Below are positions 13,059 to 17,013 of a stretch of 17,013 nucleotides of DNA, piece by piece. The position numbers and the translations under genes are program-made. Under the pieces are notes generated by a model. The model was not told where the DNA came from. It saw nothing but the letters and a program-made list of their open reading frames with translations, and ran no database searches. Each line of letters begins with the position of its first letter. Position 1 is the first letter of the stretch. The stretch covers positions 1 through 17,013 of the forward strand of contig CAZGJX010000091.1 of assembly GCA_964525635.1 (NCBI GenBank), written 5' to 3'. The DNA comes from an uncultured archaeon (GTDB taxonomy: Archaea > Asgardarchaeota > Lokiarchaeia > Sigyniarchaeales > SOKP01).

Positions 13059-14850
13059 AATAAAGTCAATAAATAAAATCATTGAATATAACAGCAAGTT
13101 AAATATAATTCTTAATTTTCTGACTATTTGTTTTATTATTCCTTTTTATTTTTATCATTTTAGTATTATTTTATTTAATATCTTTGGAATTATCATATTA
13201 TTGTCTTGGTTGTCCAATTTGATATTTTCTTATTTAATTGACAGATTTCTTATTAAAAATATCCAAGATAATCCTAGATTGATTAGAAAATCCTATCGAT
13301 TTCTTATTTTCTTCTCTTACAGCATTTTATTGATAATGATAAGTATAGCCATATCTAATATAATTATTGAAGGGCTCACTTTTACCATCGGTCTTGTATT
13401 TTCTTATGTTTTACAGTTGCTAGGATTCTTTGTAATATCAATTTCTAGTATAGAATTATCCTATATTGTATTAAAAGAAATAAACAATAAAAATAAGAAA
13501 TCTAAAAAAAAAAAAACATTAAATATCTATAAAACAAGAAAAAAAATTGTAAAATTAGCTTGTTATATTCTTCATAGTATTGGAATATATTTTGTATTTA
13601 TTTTTTTAATCCCACATGATTCTTTATCACCATCATTAGCTTTTATAATTCCCCAATTTTCTCTATTTTTCGGTTTTATATTTTTGAGTAATACTTTAAT
13701 TCTACTAAAATTAATTCCTATAAATAGAGAAGAGTTTGCCAAATCCTTTTTTTCTTTTTTAAAAATTAAGTCATTACAAAATAGGAAAATACTTCGAAAA
13801 TCTATTGCATCAATTGGTTTAACATTGTCTTTTATTTTTATTTTACCTCTTCTCTCTACTCCATATTGTATTTTACATGCGGAAAATGAATTTAATAAAG
13901 CATACGGAGAAAATTGGAGAAATTTAATTCCTTCTAGGATTAATGATTTTTTTTTACCATTTCAATTTAATTTTTACAATTATTTCTTAGGATTACCCCA
14001 TAGAGATTGTAATATTGAAACAGATATTAAATATTATGAAAATCAAGGTATTCAATTATATTTTGATGTATATTATCCTAAAAAACCAGGAGAAAAACTA
14101 CCCGGTAATAATAGTATTATAATAATGATACATAGTGGAGGTTGGAAAGTTGGAGATAAAGGAATAGGTAATACTCCAATCATTAGTAAATATCTCGCTA
14201 ATCAAGGGTATGTTGTATTTGATATTCAATATGGTTTAATGATACCAGAAGGAGAATTTGGAATAGATCTAACTCCTCAATATGTTAGAGGCGATTTTAC
14301 ATTACATGATATGATTTACCAAATTGGCAATTTTACAAAACAATTGGAGATTAAATATGCTTTAGAATATAATGGTAATTTAAATTCAGTTTTCATAATG
14401 GGTAGATCAGCGGGAGGGCATCTTGCGAGTATTATTGGACTTGGATATGATGATCCTTACTTTTTTGGAAATTTTTCAACTGCTATAAATATTAAAGGAG
14501 TTATTCCGCTTTATCCCCCGAATTTTGCAGGTTATTATTTTAATAACTTAGATTTTGAAGATCTAATTCCAGGTGATCCAGAAACAAATCCACTCGCTTT
14601 TGAGAAGTTCACACCAAGTAATTTAGTATCATTAAATGATCCTCCCGTGTTAATATTTCAGGGAACTCAAGATAGATTAGTACCTCCAGTAAATACAGAA
14701 AAAATTGAAAATTCATTAGAAACTATGGGGGTTGATTGTATTCGATTAATTTTCCCATTTGCTACTCATGGTAATGATATGATTACTCATAATTTTTTTG
14801 CTCAAATATGGTTGTATTATTTAGAACGATTTTTATATTTGAATACATAA
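13048..14850 (+). CDS. Membrane-anchored alpha/beta hydrolase (HSL-like esterase/lipase) with an N-terminal multi-TM domain
   Basis: Oxyanion motif HSGGW (14131), nucleophile elbow GRSAGG (14401), acid in GTQDRLVP, His in ATHG. The first ~270 aa are multiple hydrophobic helices. Overlaps the upstream gene by 11 nt. Confidence 0.92.
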   Translation: MKNKIKSINKIIEYNSKLNIILNFLTICFIIPFYFYHFSIILFNIFGIIILLSWLSNLIFSYLIDRFLIKNIQDNPRLIRKSYRFLIFFSYSILLIMISIAISNIIIEGLTFTIGLVFSYVLQLLGFFVISISSIELSYIVLKEINNKNKKSKKKKTLNIYKTRKKIVKLACYILHSIGIYFVFIFLIPHDSLSPSLAFIIPQFSLFFGFIFLSNTLILLKLIPINREEFAKSFFSFLKIKSLQNRKILRKSIASIGLTLSFIFILPLLSTPYCILHAENEFNKAYGENWRNLIPSRINDFFLPFQFNFYNYFLGLPHRDCNIETDIKYYENQGIQLYFDVYYPKKPGEKLPGNNSIIIMIHSGGWKVGDKGIGNTPIISKYLANQGYVVFDIQYGLMIPEGEFGIDLTPQYVRGDFTLHDMIYQIGNFTKQLEIKYALEYNGNLNSVFIMGRSAGGHLASIIGLGYDDPYFFGNFSTAINIKGVIPLYPPNFAGYYFNNLDFEDLIPGDPETNPLAFEKFTPSNLVSLNDPPVLIFQGTQDRLVPPVNTEKIENSLETMGVDCIRLIFPFATHGNDMITHNFFAQIWLYYLERFLYLNT

Positions 14851-14904
14851 TCTTAATTTATTATTTAACCAACATAAATAGAATATGATATAGTGTAAAC
14901 ATAA

Positions 14905-15834
14905 TTGAGTTTTGTAGAAAAATTTCAGAGATATTTTATTTTATTATTAGCTGTTTTTACTTGGTCGTTTAGTGAAATTATTGTAAAGCTTCTTCAGAAC
15001 AATGTAGGTGCTCTTTCATTATCATTTTTCAGGTTTTTTATTGGAGGTTTATTTTTATTGTTAATACTTCTAATTAAAAGGGACTTAAATGGAATAATTA
15101 GAATTATAAAAAATAATTTTGCACTTTTTTTAATCTCAAGTTGTTTTGCTCTTGGTTTTTCAAATATTATTTATTTTATTGGAGTTACATATTCAGAAGC
15201 TAATATTGCAGCAACAATTTATACAACATATCCTATCTGGATAACAATATATTCAATATTTATTCTGAATGAAAGAAATAATCTTAAATATAAATTAATA
15301 GGATTTATTTTTGGATTTTTAGGAGTTATTATTCTGATGACTAAATTTAATTTTTCTGATTTTATTTTTTCAGAATATATTTTAGGTAATTTATTGGTAC
15401 TATTAGGTTCTATAATTTGGAGTTTATATTCTGTTCTAGGAAAAAAAATACAATTGAATGAAAAAGAGATATCAAATTGTGCTCTGAAATTTAGTATGTT
15501 ATCTTTGATGTTTGCTTGCATTCCAATGATTTTTATCCTTAACTTTACACCTGAAACAAATGGATTTTTAAATTATGATTTAAATGAATGGTTTTTGATT
15601 TTATTTATTGGAATTATTTGTACAGGATTTGGTATATGGCTTTTATTTGAAGGCATTAGCCATCTCGACGTATCAAAAGGTATGTCTCTAGCTTTCTTTA
15701 AACCCGTTTTCGTTGTATTATTATCTTTTTTTATCTTATCTGAGAAGTTATCCTTATTTTTATTAATTTCAATAATATTTATTATTGTTTCAATAATTTT
15801 AATTAATTTGAACGCAAATAGTAATAAAAAATAA
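14905..15834 (+). CDS. DMT/EamA family transporter
   Basis: About 10 TM helices in two EamA repeats, with motifs SFFRFFIGG, AATIYTTYPIW...ILNER, GNLLVLLGSIIWSLYSVLGK and KPVFVVLLSFFILSEK. Confidence 0.93.
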   Translation: MSFVEKFQRYFILLLAVFTWSFSEIIVKLLQNNVGALSLSFFRFFIGGLFLLLILLIKRDLNGIIRIIKNNFALFLISSCFALGFSNIIYFIGVTYSEANIAATIYTTYPIWITIYSIFILNERNNLKYKLIGFIFGFLGVIILMTKFNFSDFIFSEYILGNLLVLLGSIIWSLYSVLGKKIQLNEKEISNCALKFSMLSLMFACIPMIFILNFTPETNGFLNYDLNEWFLILFIGIICTGFGIWLLFEGISHLDVSKGMSLAFFKPVFVVLLSFFILSEKLSLFLLISIIFIIVSIILINLNANSNKK

Positions 15835-15856
15835 TATTTTAATTAAAGAATTAGTC

Positions 15857-15899
15857 TTTCAAGTAGTAAAATCTCTTTTCAAGTAGTAAAATCTCTTTT
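15857..15899. repeat. Perfect 20-bp tandem duplication (TTTCAAGTAGTAAAATCTCT x2 + TTT)
   Basis: Read directly from the sequence, just downstream of the EamA stop. Confidence 0.95.
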
Positions 15900-16061
15900 G
15901 GATTAGTTATTATTTATGAATATTAATTTGTTTTCAACATATATTTTTGTTCGTTACATCAAAAAGAACTTAGTCAATTATATCGAATTTTTAATATTTA
16001 TTCTATTATAATATTTTTGGTATAATTTATATTAACAGAGTTAAGGGGATTGTTTTAAATC

Positions 16062-16316
16062 ATGGAATTTTTAGAAAATTTTAAAGAATTGTTAGAAAAG
16101 AATATTGTAGAGGATTTAAACTGGTTAGAAGAAGAATTTAAAACTTTGTTCGGAGAACTTGATATAAATAATAATTCTAAAAGGAACGATTTAGCAAAAA
16201 GAATTTTAGAAGTCTTTGTGAACAATTTAAATTTAAATAACAACCAAAAAGTTTTAGATCTTTTAAATCAAACTATAAGAAGAATAGATATGAATTTCCC
16301 TGGCATATTAATTTAA
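16062..16316 (+). CDS. Small helical hypothetical protein (84 aa)
   Basis: ATG start preceded by a purine-rich AAGGGGA. Amphipathic helical pattern. No family recognised. Confidence 0.7.
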   Translation: MEFLENFKELLEKNIVEDLNWLEEEFKTLFGELDINNNSKRNDLAKRILEVFVNNLNLNNNQKVLDLLNQTIRRIDMNFPGILI

Positions 16317-16730
16317 AATAATTAAATCTTTCTGTTTTGAATACTTAAAGCCAAAAATTCATATTTACTTCTATATAGTTTCAAAAGGTTTTTGCATTTT
16401 TGTTAATATTATCAATATTTTAATTATCTCTTTCTCAAGATAATCAATTCTTAATAAAATTCTCAACATTATGTTTTTATTATTAAATTACCATACCCTA
16501 AAGAGTAATGGATTCGTACTCCCTAATATGATATTAGACAATACAGGATGGTTTCTCCAACCTATACATTTATAAGATTTATAGATATATAAATGATAAT
16601 AGAGTTTTAATTTATTAAATAATCATACGATTCATCACCTTCCTAAAAGGAGATACTTTCTCACATTTAGTTGGTAATAAATATAAAAAACAATAGATAG
16701 ATAATACTATAATTATAAGAATAGATAAAT

Positions 16731-17013
16731 ATGGAAAGAATTGTTATTGTTCATTGGAATAAGAGTACAGGTCCTCAATCATTAATTCAATATCCCCCTG
16801 AAAAAGAATCATTACCGAAAGAACTCTTTCTGAAAATTTGGACAATACACGAATTAAATAAGGAAGACAAAATGATTGAATTAACTCTTGATGATATGAA
16901 TACACGATTTATTTCAATTATTCATAAATATGAAGGAGAAATTTATTTCCTAATTCTAGCTTTTGATAAAAAAAATAATATAGAGAATTTAATCAATGAT
17001 TATCCAGATATAT
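16731..17013 (+). CDS. Longin/uDENN-like domain protein, runs off the right edge; missing from the ORF track
   Basis: MERIVIVHWNKSTGPQSLIQYPPEKESLPKELFLKIWTIHELNKEDKMIELTLDDMNTRFISIIHKYEGEIYFLILAF... shows the hydrophobic strand-W/F-D/N-x3-GP-x5-YP start and beta-beta-alpha-beta-beta-beta order of longin/uDENN folds. No stop before the window end. Confidence 0.65.
   Translation, partial: MERIVIVHWNKSTGPQSLIQYPPEKESLPKELFLKIWTIHELNKEDKMIELTLDDMNTRFISIIHKYEGEIYFLILAFDKKNNIENLINDYPDI

Noticed and set aside
15857-15899. CRISPR array
   Set aside because: Only two abutting copies, with no spacer and no cas genes.
15219-16243. ORFs 15219-15521(-) and 16055-16243(-)
   Set aside because: Antisense shadows of the EamA gene and the 84-aa gene.
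16320-16645. Possible degraded minus-strand gene after a GGTGA SD-like motif near 16635
   Set aside because: The ATG-initiated frame stops after six codons, the other frames are short, and I could not recognise a family.

Overview
AT-rich archaeal DNA, most likely from an Asgard (Lokiarchaeia-like) genome. This is inferred from an archaeal-type aIF1/SUI1 fragment, a longin/uDENN-like N-terminus, TATA-like boxes and oligo-T tracts. The centre of the window is a giant ORF (open 1185-10157, apparently missing its 5' end). Its order is: an acidic region with Dx[DN]xDG Ca-binding loops, several hydrophobic segments, an internal ThiS/MoaD/SAMP-type ubiquitin-like domain ending in Gly-Gly (7650-7880), four degenerate XRE-like HTH repeats, and a C-terminal HNH-like nuclease motif. 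A small CxxC/CxxC zinc-finger gene follows directly. My reading is a polymorphic toxin-immunity pair whose nuclease cargo could be released by a deubiquitinase-type (JAMM) cut after the GG. The module is bounded on the left by a junction of two 5'-truncated divergent genes and on the right by an orphan 3' half of sui1, which suggests a remnant of an integrative element. The flanks carry ordinary genes: an ABC ATPase, a DUF285/BspA remnant, an MBL hydrolase, a TVP38/DedA protein, a membrane-anchored esterase, an EamA transporter, a small hypothetical and a longin-like protein. All domain calls come from motif recognition by eye, not from database searches.
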